The notes beneath the pieces were generated by a model. That model did no database searches and was not told the DNA's origin. It saw nothing but the letters and a program-made list of their open reading frames with translations. DNA of 64,000 nt from a virus. Taxonomy: Duplodnaviria; Caudoviricetes. The position numbers and the translations under genes are program-made. Positions 45,684 to 54,697 of this stretch are shown here, in pieces. The stretch lies in IMG/VR virus record IMGVR_UViG_3300042479_000799, positions 18,197 through 82,196 of that record; one strand, given 5' to 3'. Every line of letters begins with the position of its first letter. The stretch's first letter is position 1.

Positions 45684-45745
45684 ATTATGATTTAAAGAAC
45701 GATATCAACTTAACATTGAAGTTGAATTTAGTCAACACTTTTGTT

Positions 45746-45949
45746 TTAAAAAACTGGAGTGAATGACTTGTTTGGTACTTCAAGGAGAACGTCACCGTTA
45801 TCTAGTACCAGATTGACTTTATCTTCGCAGATGGTTTCAATTTTGTCAACATTAAAAACGTCATTGCGTTGTAGATATTTTGGCCAGACTTCTTGGAGTT
45901 TGGTTTTATCTATGTCTACATCAATATTTTTCAATATTTTGATTTTCAT
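45746..45949 (-). CDS. Hypothetical protein
   Basis: Small ORF after a TTGACA-N16-TATCAT promoter. Confidence 0.55.
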   Translation of the reverse strand: MKIKILKNIDVDIDKTKLQEVWPKYLQRNDVFNVDKIETICEDKVNLVLDNGDVLLEVPNKSFTPVF

Positions 45950-45984
45950 ATGTTTATGATAGTTTGACGGTTAATTTTGTCAAT

Positions 45985-46022
45985 AAAAAAGTCTGGGTAA
46001 GTTTTTATTTTACCCAGACTTA
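45985..46022. terminator. Terminator-like hairpin
   Basis: AAGTCTGGGTAA / TTACCCAGACTT. Confidence 0.7.
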
Positions 46023-46044
46023 GAAAGTTTTTATGTATTATTAC

Positions 46045-46407
46045 TTATTTTAGTGTGAGTAGGTATTTTAGTTTTTGTAATTCGCTTAACATTTCATCTC
46101 TTATGTTTAATAAGTTTGTATCTGTTTCTTTTAGACCTTTAGGCAATTCGGTAACTAAAAATGATATATATTCTTCAATAAATTTATCGGGATCTTTGTC
46201 TGTAATATTGTATAATTCCACTTTGAAACCGTCTTTGTTCATTATTCGGGAATATTGTCCCATAAATTCTTCAATAAAAGTATCAATTAAATCTGTGAAT
46301 TCATTATAAGCACCACCGAATGCTTGGTGTTGTGCATAACTATCTGTTTGAAAATGATATACTTTCAATTGGTTATGCAGAGTCAAGAATTTAGTTATTA
46401 AGTCCAT
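46045..46407 (-). CDS. Ferritin/Dps-like four-helix protein (DUF5856-like)
   Basis: QLKVYHFQT.SYAQH.AF...Y...IDTFIE...NIRDEML...LKYLLTL. Confidence 0.75.
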   Translation of the reverse strand: MDLITKFLTLHNQLKVYHFQTDSYAQHQAFGGAYNEFTDLIDTFIEEFMGQYSRIMNKDGFKVELYNITDKDPDKFIEEYISFLVTELPKGLKETDTNLLNIRDEMLSELQKLKYLLTLK

Positions 46408-46416
46408 ACGATATAA

Positions 46417-46923
46417 TTATCTGTGATATAAGATTTCTTTATTTTTTAATTCATCTTTTTTATTATTGTAATATACAGTAATAGAATTTATATGATTTGA
46501 CCGAAAAGTTTCTATATCTTTCAATTGTTCTTTAATTATTTCCATTTTCTTACTTTTAGCTTCCATTACCACTTTATATAAATCATCATCATCAATTTTA
46601 TCCAATTGTTTGGCGGCTATTTTTAATTTATCATTCAAATCCTTTTCAATTGTAATCAATGGATCAACAATAGAAACAATATTAGATAAATCATTTACTC
46701 TTTTAACATTGGTAACAAACCCCAAAGAAAATCCAACCGACAATACAATAAAAACAGCAGTCAAAACTGATATCCATTCTTTTCTTGTTAATTCAGGCAA
46801 TAAATTTGATTTGACTTGAATTGGTGTTTTAACTGGTGTAACAGGTATTGATTGTGGTGGTTTAATTGGTGTAGATGGTGTAACAGGTGCTGGTTGTGGT
46901 ATGCTTAAAGATACTTTTCCCAT
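46417..46923 (-). CDS. Membrane-anchored coiled-coil protein
   Basis: Pro-rich N-terminus, one TM, coiled C-terminus. Confidence 0.55.
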   Translation of the reverse strand: MGKVSLSIPQPAPVTPSTPIKPPQSIPVTPVKTPIQVKSNLLPELTRKEWISVLTAVFIVLSVGFSLGFVTNVKRVNDLSNIVSIVDPLITIEKDLNDKLKIAAKQLDKIDDDDLYKVVMEAKSKKMEIIKEQLKDIETFRSNHINSITVYYNNKKDELKNKEILYHR

Positions 46924-46945
46924 ATATCTTATATGTTTTTATAAA

Positions 46946-47176
46946 TTAGTATTTTGCAGTCCATCTTCTTGTTGCATTGGGATCAATTGGTTTCATTTGA
47001 TTGGCTTGATGTTGTTGTGCCAATTTATCAACCATTGCGTCAATTTTGGATTGTTGTTGTGCTTTTCTTTGTTCTGCAGCAATTTCGTTTGCTTCAATTT
47101 GTCCTGCGCTCATACCGGGATTATTTGACATAATACCGATTGGTTTTAAACTTATGATTCCGCCTATTTGTCTCAT
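46946..47176 (-). CDS. Hypothetical protein
   Basis: Q/A-rich small ORF; TATTTATA upstream. Confidence 0.5.
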   Translation of the reverse strand: MRQIGGIISLKPIGIMSNNPGMSAGQIEANEIAAEQRKAQQQSKIDAMVDKLAQQHQANQMKPIDPNATRRWTAKY

Positions 47177-47244
47177 ATGATATTCCTTTGTTATAAATAA
47201 ATAGGATTTATAATTGTTTTTACATTAAATTTAATATTATATAT

Positions 47245-47520
47245 TTGTATATGGAAGAACAGCCATTACAGGCAACGAGTGTTAAGAAGACATATAAAAT
47301 TGTAGCTACATTTGATTTGGATGTACCTGATGAAAACTATATGTTAGTTACGCATGAAAGAGAAGGATTGAGTAAAGATTTGATTGGATATACATTATCT
47401 TGTCAAAGATTGACTGTATATAGCAGTCAACATCCTAAGATAGGTAGATTTAGAAGAAAACCGGAGAATATTAAATGTGTATTTGAACGGTGTGATGAAA
47501 ATTTAGACTACATGATTTAG
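47245..47520 (+). CDS. Hypothetical protein
   Basis: 91-aa ORF. Confidence 0.45.
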   Translation: MYMEEQPLQATSVKKTYKIVATFDLDVPDENYMLVTHEREGLSKDLIGYTLSCQRLTVYSSQHPKIGRFRRKPENIKCVFERCDENLDYMI

Positions 47521-48279
47521 ATTATATTCTTTAACTATTCGGTCAATGTTATTTTCCACCATTACTATATAGTTACTGGAAGTATATTCATATAACGCAT
47601 AAAATTTAGTATTTAATAATGGTTTTACTAATTTATACCAAAATCCGGGTGTTTTACTTATTAAATCGTGTAATCCGGTATACATGTTAAGATTGTGATA
47701 TTTTTGAAATTCGTCAAATTCTTGATATAACTTATCTAATTTTTCTACATATTGTTTATCTCCCATTTGGCTTAACCAATCACCTAAAGCGACACAAGCA
47801 CCTATATGGTCTATTTCTAAATTTTCTACTTTTTTAAAGTAATCCGTCACCATTATTAAATTACAAATTCTACTCTTTTCTTCTTCTGTTAATATATCGT
47901 CAAAATTATTACTTATAAAGTGACACCCTCGTTCTACATGTGTATTAATATATTGAGCACCAGTTCCATTTTCATCTTCTTTTGTTTTTAAAAAACCAAT
48001 GTCATGATACATTGTAGCTACAACACCGCAAAAGAAATCCGATTCATTTTTTTCTATAATTTGTTTATCAACAATACCAGAATATACATCTAAGAATACT
48101 GTGGTACTTGTTAAAAAATGATATAAGTCGTGATATTTTGTTTCTAGTTTATGATATTCATCTGTCCCAAAATTACAAATGTCAACTAAGTAATTGTATA
48201 GTAGTATTAATCTTTCGTCTTCTTTATTGAATAGTTTTAAAGATGTATTTTTAATACTTCTGGGTGTTGCGAATCTCAT
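47503..48279 (-). CDS. HD-domain metal-dependent phosphohydrolase
   Basis: YHDLYH, MYHDIGF, HVERG, GDWLSQM. Confidence 0.8.
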   Translation of the reverse strand: MRFATPRSIKNTSLKLFNKEDERLILLYNYLVDICNFGTDEYHKLETKYHDLYHFLTSTTVFLDVYSGIVDKQIIEKNESDFFCGVVATMYHDIGFLKTKEDENGTGAQYINTHVERGCHFISNNFDDILTEEEKSRICNLIMVTDYFKKVENLEIDHIGACVALGDWLSQMGDKQYVEKLDKLYQEFDEFQKYHNLNMYTGLHDLISKTPGFWYKLVKPLLNTKFYALYEYTSSNYIVMVENNIDRIVKEYNLNHVV

Positions 48280-48290
48280 AGAGCATTACT

Positions 48291-48671
48291 TTAGTCTTTT
48301 GATTTAAATCTTGATAAATCTAAATTAGGTAATGGTTTTTCTATATTTAGACCAGCTAATCTTTCATTTTGAACAACTAATTTACTGCCGCCAACTACTT
48401 TTCCATCTACAACGTCGTAAATAAAGAAAACTGTTTTAGTTAATCCTAATCTAACAATTCTTCCCGGCTTTCCGTCAACATATACGACATCATCGGTTTT
48501 GTAATCTGACCCAGCGAATATAAAAAATGAAGCGGCTAACTTTTCAATACTAGATTTGAATATCAAAATAACCAAGCCAGCTAAGAACAACCAGACATAT
48601 TTGCCTGTCATATCTTGAGCGGTTGCTTCTAAAACATTTTGAGATATAGTGTGTATAGTATTTGTATCCAT
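48291..48671 (-). CDS. Small membrane protein with MscS-like beta domain
   Basis: TM then YKTDDVVYVDGKPGRIVRLGLTKTVF. Confidence 0.5.
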   Translation of the reverse strand: MDTNTIHTISQNVLEATAQDMTGKYVWLFLAGLVILIFKSSIEKLAASFFIFAGSDYKTDDVVYVDGKPGRIVRLGLTKTVFFIYDVVDGKVVGGSKLVVQNERLAGLNIEKPLPNLDLSRFKSKD

Positions 48672-48674
48672 AAA

Positions 48675-49631
48675 TTATTTAATCCACTTTTGTTCTTTTA
48701 GAATATCATCAATCAAATCTTTTTCGTGACTATCCATTTCATTATCAAATCTCTTCAATATTTCAGTTAAAACATAAGATTTTTTTGGTGATTCTTTTTG
48801 TTTTTCTTTAAGTTCTTGAATTACATCAACAATCTTAGTAAGTGGTGATTTGTATTCATCAACTTTGTCTTTTGATGTGAAATTGGCCAATTCAAATGCT
48901 TTTGGTGTTAATCCTTTAATTAAACTTAATATTCCGGAACCAATCATATTGAATATACTAAATGCTGCACCAGCAGCTGGATGTACACTTGCTAATATTC
49001 TTAATAAAGCAAATATTACAACAAATATGATAATTGCGGTTAAAGCACTAAAGAAAAACTTTTTAAGTCCCCAGAAAACCGCATTTAAACCAAACATACC
49101 ACCCATACTATCAATGGTTGCTTGTTTTTCATCAGAATCTTTGGCAACTTCTTTGGCTTTATCAGTCATTTGCCAAAGTTGGTCATCATATTGATTCTTT
49201 AATTCTTCTTTTTCTTTTTGTAATTTATCAATTACAGTATCTCTTTGACCCAATAATTCTCCACCCTTCTTTCTTTCTTCTTCTATAGATGAATTAAGTA
49301 AATCAATTGTAGCTTTGATTCTTTTGATTTCGTCCAAATGAGGTGAACCTACAATGCTAATAACTCTTTCATTTAGATTCTTTGCAGTTTCTACTTGAAT
49401 AGATGTATTTGTAACTTGTTGTAATGAATATTGAATACCTTGGGCTAATACTGCGGTTTGTATTTTTTTACCCTTATCATTTTTGACTAATTCATCAGAT
49501 GTAGTGTCTATTTTCTTTTCTTGTTTGGCAATTGCATCTTGTGCGACACTTACTTGTTTGCCAGGAATAACTGCGGTAGAACAACCTATTAATAAAAACG
49601 AAAATAGAATTGGGGATAGAAACTTCTTCAT
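48675..49631 (-). CDS. Lipoprotein with coiled coil and C-proximal TM segments
   Basis: MKKFLSPILFSFLLIGC lipobox; start set at ATG 49631 by TATTTATA. Confidence 0.65.
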   Translation of the reverse strand: MKKFLSPILFSFLLIGCSTAVIPGKQVSVAQDAIAKQEKKIDTTSDELVKNDKGKKIQTAVLAQGIQYSLQQVTNTSIQVETAKNLNERVISIVGSPHLDEIKRIKATIDLLNSSIEEERKKGGELLGQRDTVIDKLQKEKEELKNQYDDQLWQMTDKAKEVAKDSDEKQATIDSMGGMFGLNAVFWGLKKFFFSALTAIIIFVVIFALLRILASVHPAAGAAFSIFNMIGSGILSLIKGLTPKAFELANFTSKDKVDEYKSPLTKIVDVIQELKEKQKESPKKSYVLTEILKRFDNEMDSHEKDLIDDILKEQKWIK

Positions 49632-49680
49632 AGTAATTATAAATATACTTTTTATAATTAAAACGAGCACTTTTTATATC

Positions 49681-50202
49681 TTACAAATTGATATATAATT
49701 TCTTACCATCTTTACCACTATATTTAAATCTAGTAACAGGAACAGATAAACTTAATCCTTCTTTAATATGTGGAAATTTACCCTTTTGAACATATGCAAG
49801 TGTCATATGTGGTTTATAATCTGTATACTTATCTTCATTCTTATAACAATCGCATCTGCGTCTTATTTCAGATAGTATTTCATTTTTTTCCACATCAAAC
49901 TTAACCACATCATATTTTTCATTTTGAAATTGAGTCAATCCAGTTAGTTTAATGATAAATGGTTTGATGCCTTGTAGGATAGTGGCTAAATTGGCCCTTG
50001 TTAAGTCAGGAGAATATCCATACTTAGCTGTTATATGCGGTTCATCATCATAACCATAGGAATTGTCATTAGGATCTGTATAAAGAATTTGCGGTGGTAT
50101 TACTGTTTTACCAAATTTAATTATATGTGGTCCTCTGGTTGGTTCAACTATAGCCATCAAACAACCATATTCATTGTGTCTATTTTCTGTAATTAATTTC
50201 AT
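49681..50202 (-). CDS. 2H phosphoesterase, Acb1/T4 57B-like
   Basis: Two HxT motifs: EPHITAKYG and YKPHMTLAY. Confidence 0.75.
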   Translation of the reverse strand: MKLITENRHNEYGCLMAIVEPTRGPHIIKFGKTVIPPQILYTDPNDNSYGYDDEPHITAKYGYSPDLTRANLATILQGIKPFIIKLTGLTQFQNEKYDVVKFDVEKNEILSEIRRRCDCYKNEDKYTDYKPHMTLAYVQKGKFPHIKEGLSLSVPVTRFKYSGKDGKKLYINL

Positions 50203-50687
50203 TCAATTCCTTGATCTGTTAATAACTTTAGTTTAACCCCACTCAAATTCCATATACAACCACTTGCAATATCCCAACCATAATACCAGGTATATTGATA
50301 TCTAGCTTCAAATTGATAGGGATTAATTTCTATACCATCATACTTACTAGCAACCTTCTTCCAATCAATTGTTCCGGCATTAATTCCTCCAATTAAACTG
50401 GCTTGATATTCACGGTTAAATTGCATCAATTCCATATGCGTCTTTATTTGTAGTACATTAGTATTTCCAATATCAATGCTATAAATGTATTTACCAATCC
50501 ATTCTGGCGCCTCATTTCTACACCAATCAATCCATTCACTACCAAAACCATACCAAAATCCGGTTGGTTTAAGTTCATCTTTTTGTGTAAATGTTCTGGG
50601 TTCTAATTCAAATGGTTTTTTTGACATATGAATACGCATATCATCTGTCAATTCCAATTCATTTATTAATTGTGTTAGTTTAATCAT
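50199..50687 (-). CDS. Leader-bearing hypothetical protein
   Basis: MIKLTQLINE|; KPTGFWY...YDGIEI...GWDIASGCIW. Confidence 0.6.
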   Translation of the reverse strand: MIKLTQLINELELTDDMRIHMSKKPFELEPRTFTQKDELKPTGFWYGFGSEWIDWCRNEAPEWIGKYIYSIDIGNTNVLQIKTHMELMQFNREYQASLIGGINAGTIDWKKVASKYDGIEINPYQFEARYQYTWYYGWDIASGCIWNLSGVKLKLLTDQGIE

Positions 50688-50691
50688 AAAA

Positions 50692-51531
50692 TTACATTAC
50701 AAATATATCACCAGTATTTGCTCCCAATACATCATTAATAAAATATGGTATTGTATTTGCAATCATATCTAATTTTTCTTGTGCTTCAGATAAGTTTTGT
50801 GTACTTGCAATACTTTTACTACCATATGGACCATAACCAACCAAAATGTTTTTGGTTAGTGGTTTGAATGTAATTTTACCGTCTTTTAAATACTGTACAA
50901 ACAATTCATAGTAAAATTCATATGGTCTAAGATGTATTCTACCTTCTCTTGCACTACGCATTGTACCAATAGCATTAAACAATCTACCCTTAGCCAATTC
51001 ATGTGTTCTTATCTTTTTGTAATCATTATCATATGTTCTACTTACTTTTTGTTTACCATAAATAGCAAGTAATTCATCAAATTCATTATCTATCCATTTG
51101 GTATAGTCTTGAAATTGTGGTGTTCTATTCATTGCGTGTCCAACTCTATGAACAATTGTCCACGCAGTCATAGGAATTTTATCAGCAGCGGTATTGCTTA
51201 CAAAGAATACAGTGATGTTATCACTATTTATAGTTTTATCACCCAATTCTTCATGCGTCAATCCTAAACCTTCTGGAAATGGTTTAAAGATAAATTCATA
51301 AGGCACTTTACCTTTTTCACTAAATTGTCTTAAACCAGGCTTGTTAACAAAATAAAAATCAAAGTCAACTTCAGTGTTCTTCAACATATCCGTTACTTTT
51401 TGTACAGTTGTTGGATGACTTACTGCAACTCTGTCTCTAGTATCTTTGTATGAAGCACCCTTTTTAAAATCACCGATAGTTGTATAAGTACCTATAGGTG
51501 CTTCATTCAATAAGTCAATCAATTTAATCAT
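50692..51531 (-). CDS. Leader-bearing hypothetical protein
   Basis: MIKLIDLLNE|; AWTIVHRVGHA (zincin-like HRxxH). Confidence 0.6.
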   Translation of the reverse strand: MIKLIDLLNEAPIGTYTTIGDFKKGASYKDTRDRVAVSHPTTVQKVTDMLKNTEVDFDFYFVNKPGLRQFSEKGKVPYEFIFKPFPEGLGLTHEELGDKTINSDNITVFFVSNTAADKIPMTAWTIVHRVGHAMNRTPQFQDYTKWIDNEFDELLAIYGKQKVSRTYDNDYKKIRTHELAKGRLFNAIGTMRSAREGRIHLRPYEFYYELFVQYLKDGKITFKPLTKNILVGYGPYGSKSIASTQNLSEAQEKLDMIANTIPYFINDVLGANTGDIFVM

Positions 51532-52481
51532 ACTTCAACAATTCTTTTTGCAATATCCGCAATAGCTTTTTGTTGTTTAGGAAAGATTTCCATTGGAAAA
51601 ATCTTGTCTACCCATTCTCTAAATACAGATTTGTCTCTGAACTTTTCTGGTAATACGTTCAAATCATCAAAGTGATAATCATTGTTGTGTTTAATCATAC
51701 CAATATTTTCACCATCACTTTGTACCTTATATCCTTGTATCATTGCATTAGCAACAAAATCAATGCTAGCTGGTAGATACCTATCAGCTGGTTCTTTATT
51801 TGATTTACCCTTGATTTGGTGAATAGTCTTTTTATTGTCATCTGATTCAATGGTGACGTGTGAACGGTTCTTGTTATCCCAAAGTGAATAAATGTCTTTA
51901 TTTACATAAGCAGGTCCACCAACGCAATGTCCCATGAATTTACCTTCAACAACTTTTGATTCTGGTGATAACAACTTAACCCATTTCATTCCACCTAATT
52001 GTTTGATGTCTTTATAATCTTTACCTCGTACCAATTTTTTCTTTTCAATATCTTCTTTTTCATTATCATTTAAACCAGATTTCATATCCTCGTCCCATTC
52101 TTGGACTTTTTGTTTGATGGTTTTATATGATTCTCTATCAATCTTTCTCAAGTCATTTGGTTCAAGTGTAGCAAAGTAATCAACTGTATGACCAATTTCA
52201 TCTACAACATCTTCTGGTAAATCACCCGTAAAGTCCATAATGTCTGGTTTATTCATCCATTCTGGTTCACCGTCTTTGTATTCATGTTTCTTGATTGCGT
52301 TTTTCAAGTCAACATCATCTTCTTTGACGGCTTTGATATATTGTTTCAAGAACCAATTTCTTATTTTATTGGTTTCACTGCCTGCAAATTGTGGAATTTC
52401 TTTATCATCCAATACGGAATTGATGGATGTAATCAAGTCTGTGAAATTTGTTAAATTGGCTTCTGTTAGTAGTCGCTTCAT
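51528..52481 (-). CDS. PcfJ-like domain protein with leader
   Basis: MKRLLTE|; EGKFMGHCVGG...IYSLWD...HVTIE...QIKGKSN. Confidence 0.7.
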   Translation of the reverse strand: MKRLLTEANLTNFTDLITSINSVLDDKEIPQFAGSETNKIRNWFLKQYIKAVKEDDVDLKNAIKKHEYKDGEPEWMNKPDIMDFTGDLPEDVVDEIGHTVDYFATLEPNDLRKIDRESYKTIKQKVQEWDEDMKSGLNDNEKEDIEKKKLVRGKDYKDIKQLGGMKWVKLLSPESKVVEGKFMGHCVGGPAYVNKDIYSLWDNKNRSHVTIESDDNKKTIHQIKGKSNKEPADRYLPASIDFVANAMIQGYKVQSDGENIGMIKHNNDYHFDDLNVLPEKFRDKSVFREWVDKIFPMEIFPKQQKAIADIAKRIVEV

Positions 52482-52522
52482 ATGTTATAAATATTGTTGA
52501 AAATTTTATTATTGTTACTAAA

Positions 52523-53197
52523 TTACACTATGGTTACTTTACCCGTGTTACATACTTTTCTTACTTCTTGTTCAGTTAAATGATAGTCGTTCATAAAATT
52601 ATGAATCACAACAATGTCTGCTTGTTTTGGAAATCCTTTTAGTGATACAATAGGATTGTGTCCACAATTAAAAGTACCGCCAACTATTTCTGGTGCTCCT
52701 GTAAAATCTTCAAAATCATTGAAAGCTACATTCAATGCTCTACATCTAGTTGGTAATCCCACTAAAGACTTTATCCTACAATCTATTAAAGTATATATAC
52801 CCCTTTGATTTTGTGTAAGATGTTCCAATGATTTTAGTGAACCTGCCATTATTTTTATTTCTGAAATATTAGTTGGCATATGTTTTAAGCTGGTTAATCT
52901 AATATTACCTACACAAGTTAGTCTGGTAACATTAGGCGGACAACCTTCAAAATCAGGAAATTTACCACCAACTTTTAAAGTTGTTATGAAATTTTGTTTG
53001 ATACCCTTTAAACTAATTAGAGGATTACGCATTAAGTCTATATTTTCAGTTACAAGTTCAGGAAAATTATTTAATGTGGTTAAACCATTGCCTGATAATA
53101 TCAATGAACCATCAATATCAATACCATTTAATATTTCTGGTATTTCTTTCAAATAAAGCATGCTTAAATTTACATCTCCTTTTATATATTTTCCCAT
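52523..53197 (-). CDS. Leucine-rich-repeat protein, paralogue 4
   Basis: GDVNLSMLYLKEIP cap; approx. 22-aa LxSLxGxP repeats. Confidence 0.8.
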   Translation of the reverse strand: MGKYIKGDVNLSMLYLKEIPEILNGIDIDGSLILSGNGLTTLNNFPELVTENIDLMRNPLISLKGIKQNFITTLKVGGKFPDFEGCPPNVTRLTCVGNIRLTSLKHMPTNISEIKIMAGSLKSLEHLTQNQRGIYTLIDCRIKSLVGLPTRCRALNVAFNDFEDFTGAPEIVGGTFNCGHNPIVSLKGFPKQADIVVIHNFMNDYHLTEQEVRKVCNTGKVTIV

Positions 53198-53208
53198 ATT
53201 ATTAATTG

Positions 53209-53943
53209 TTAAATTTGTATATTTCTTGGGTCAGAAAGTCGTACTGCACCAGATATTCTGCATCTTTTGTGAAGTTCTCTTTCAAAGTAACTACGTTGCA
53301 TCATTAATTGATTGTTAAATATAGGTGAAAGTGTCATGATACAATCACCGTCAATTACTGTAGGAAATCCGTCTAAATCCTCTAAGTTATTGTATTTACA
53401 GCGAAAATTGCCAGTAATATGTGTAGGACATCCAATCAATGTTTTTAACTGATTACTATTGATATTTAAATGATGACACTTTGTTGGCATACCAAGCAAT
53501 GAAGTAATTTTATTATTTCCTAAATTTATAAGAACCCCTTGTTCTATACTGGGGAAATTATCTAAAGATGATAATGAACACTCTTGTATAATCAAATTGC
53601 CATTTGTATTAATTTTCTTTAAATTACCTTTTAAACTATTAAATTCATCCACATATGTTATAGTCAATGATGTTACTATTTCTGGACATCCTTCTAAGTT
53701 TTTAATATTTGTGATACTAACCTCAAGATAAGCTGCTTTTTTTTGTTTAATTCCAACTAAACTTCTAATTGGATTGTTACTTAAATAAATTGTATTACAA
53801 CTCAATGGAAAATTATTTAGATTTTTTATACTATTACCATCAATATTAAACCGTCCATCTTCAATTACCACATCATTTAATATTGACGGTATTTCTCTCA
53901 AATAAAGATTGTTTAAATTTACATCTCCAGTTATTTTTTTCAT
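53209..53943 (-). CDS. Leucine-rich-repeat protein, paralogue 3
   Basis: GDVNLNNLYLREIP cap; repeats; start probably ATG 53943. Confidence 0.8.
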   Translation of the reverse strand: MKKITGDVNLNNLYLREIPSILNDVVIEDGRFNIDGNSIKNLNNFPLSCNTIYLSNNPIRSLVGIKQKKAAYLEVSITNIKNLEGCPEIVTSLTITYVDEFNSLKGNLKKINTNGNLIIQECSLSSLDNFPSIEQGVLINLGNNKITSLLGMPTKCHHLNINSNQLKTLIGCPTHITGNFRCKYNNLEDLDGFPTVIDGDCIMTLSPIFNNQLMMQRSYFERELHKRCRISGAVRLSDPRNIQI

Positions 53944-53947
53944 ATAA

Positions 53948-54697
53948 TTATTCAATACTAATACCTCTACCTACACTACACATATCTTTTATAGTTGATA
54001 TAAGTATATCTCTATCATTTTTAGTATAATCAGGGAATATTCTTAACATATCATCCATAGACAAAAATAAAGTGCCTCCTATTATAGATGGCAATCCTTT
54101 CAATGATTGTAAGTTTTTTAATGCCATAGCATAAAAATTTCTGCCAACATTAGTTGGACCACCTTCAAATGATGTAATTGGATTTGAAGCACAATCATAA
54201 TTAGATTTTACAATATTAGGACCACCTCTTAATGAAGTAACATTGTTATTTGCAAAGAAAAATTCATAAAATTCAACAGATTCAAACCCATATCCACTTA
54301 AATTACTAATACTGTTGTTATTAAATGACAATGATTTATTATTATTTAATATTGATGATGGTAATCCGTTTAAAGAAGTAAGTCTGTTATCGTCCATAGT
54401 CAATCTTGGGCCAATTAATGTAGCTATACCATCTAAAGAAACAAGTTTATTACCACTACAGTTATAATTTCCTTGAACTTCTTCAGGTCCATACTTTAAT
54501 CCACTTCCCAATCCTAATAAATTATCATCACAAATAAAATTTCCTTTGACAAATGATGGTGCATTTTTCAAAGATCTTATCTTATTATTCTGAATGTCAT
54601 ATGCACCATGACAAGCATACATTGCAATATTATCAGGAATTTCTTTCAAATGTAGTCCTTCCAAATCTACATAATCATAAAGATGTTTTCTTTTCAT
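53948..54697 (-). CDS. Leucine-rich-repeat protein, paralogue 2
   Basis: VDLEGLHLKEIP cap; LxSLxGxPxxVxGxF repeats. Confidence 0.8.
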   Translation of the reverse strand: MKRKHLYDYVDLEGLHLKEIPDNIAMYACHGAYDIQNNKIRSLKNAPSFVKGNFICDDNLLGLGSGLKYGPEEVQGNYNCSGNKLVSLDGIATLIGPRLTMDDNRLTSLNGLPSSILNNNKSLSFNNNSISNLSGYGFESVEFYEFFFANNNVTSLRGGPNIVKSNYDCASNPITSFEGGPTNVGRNFYAMALKNLQSLKGLPSIIGGTLFLSMDDMLRIFPDYTKNDRDILISTIKDMCSVGRGISIE

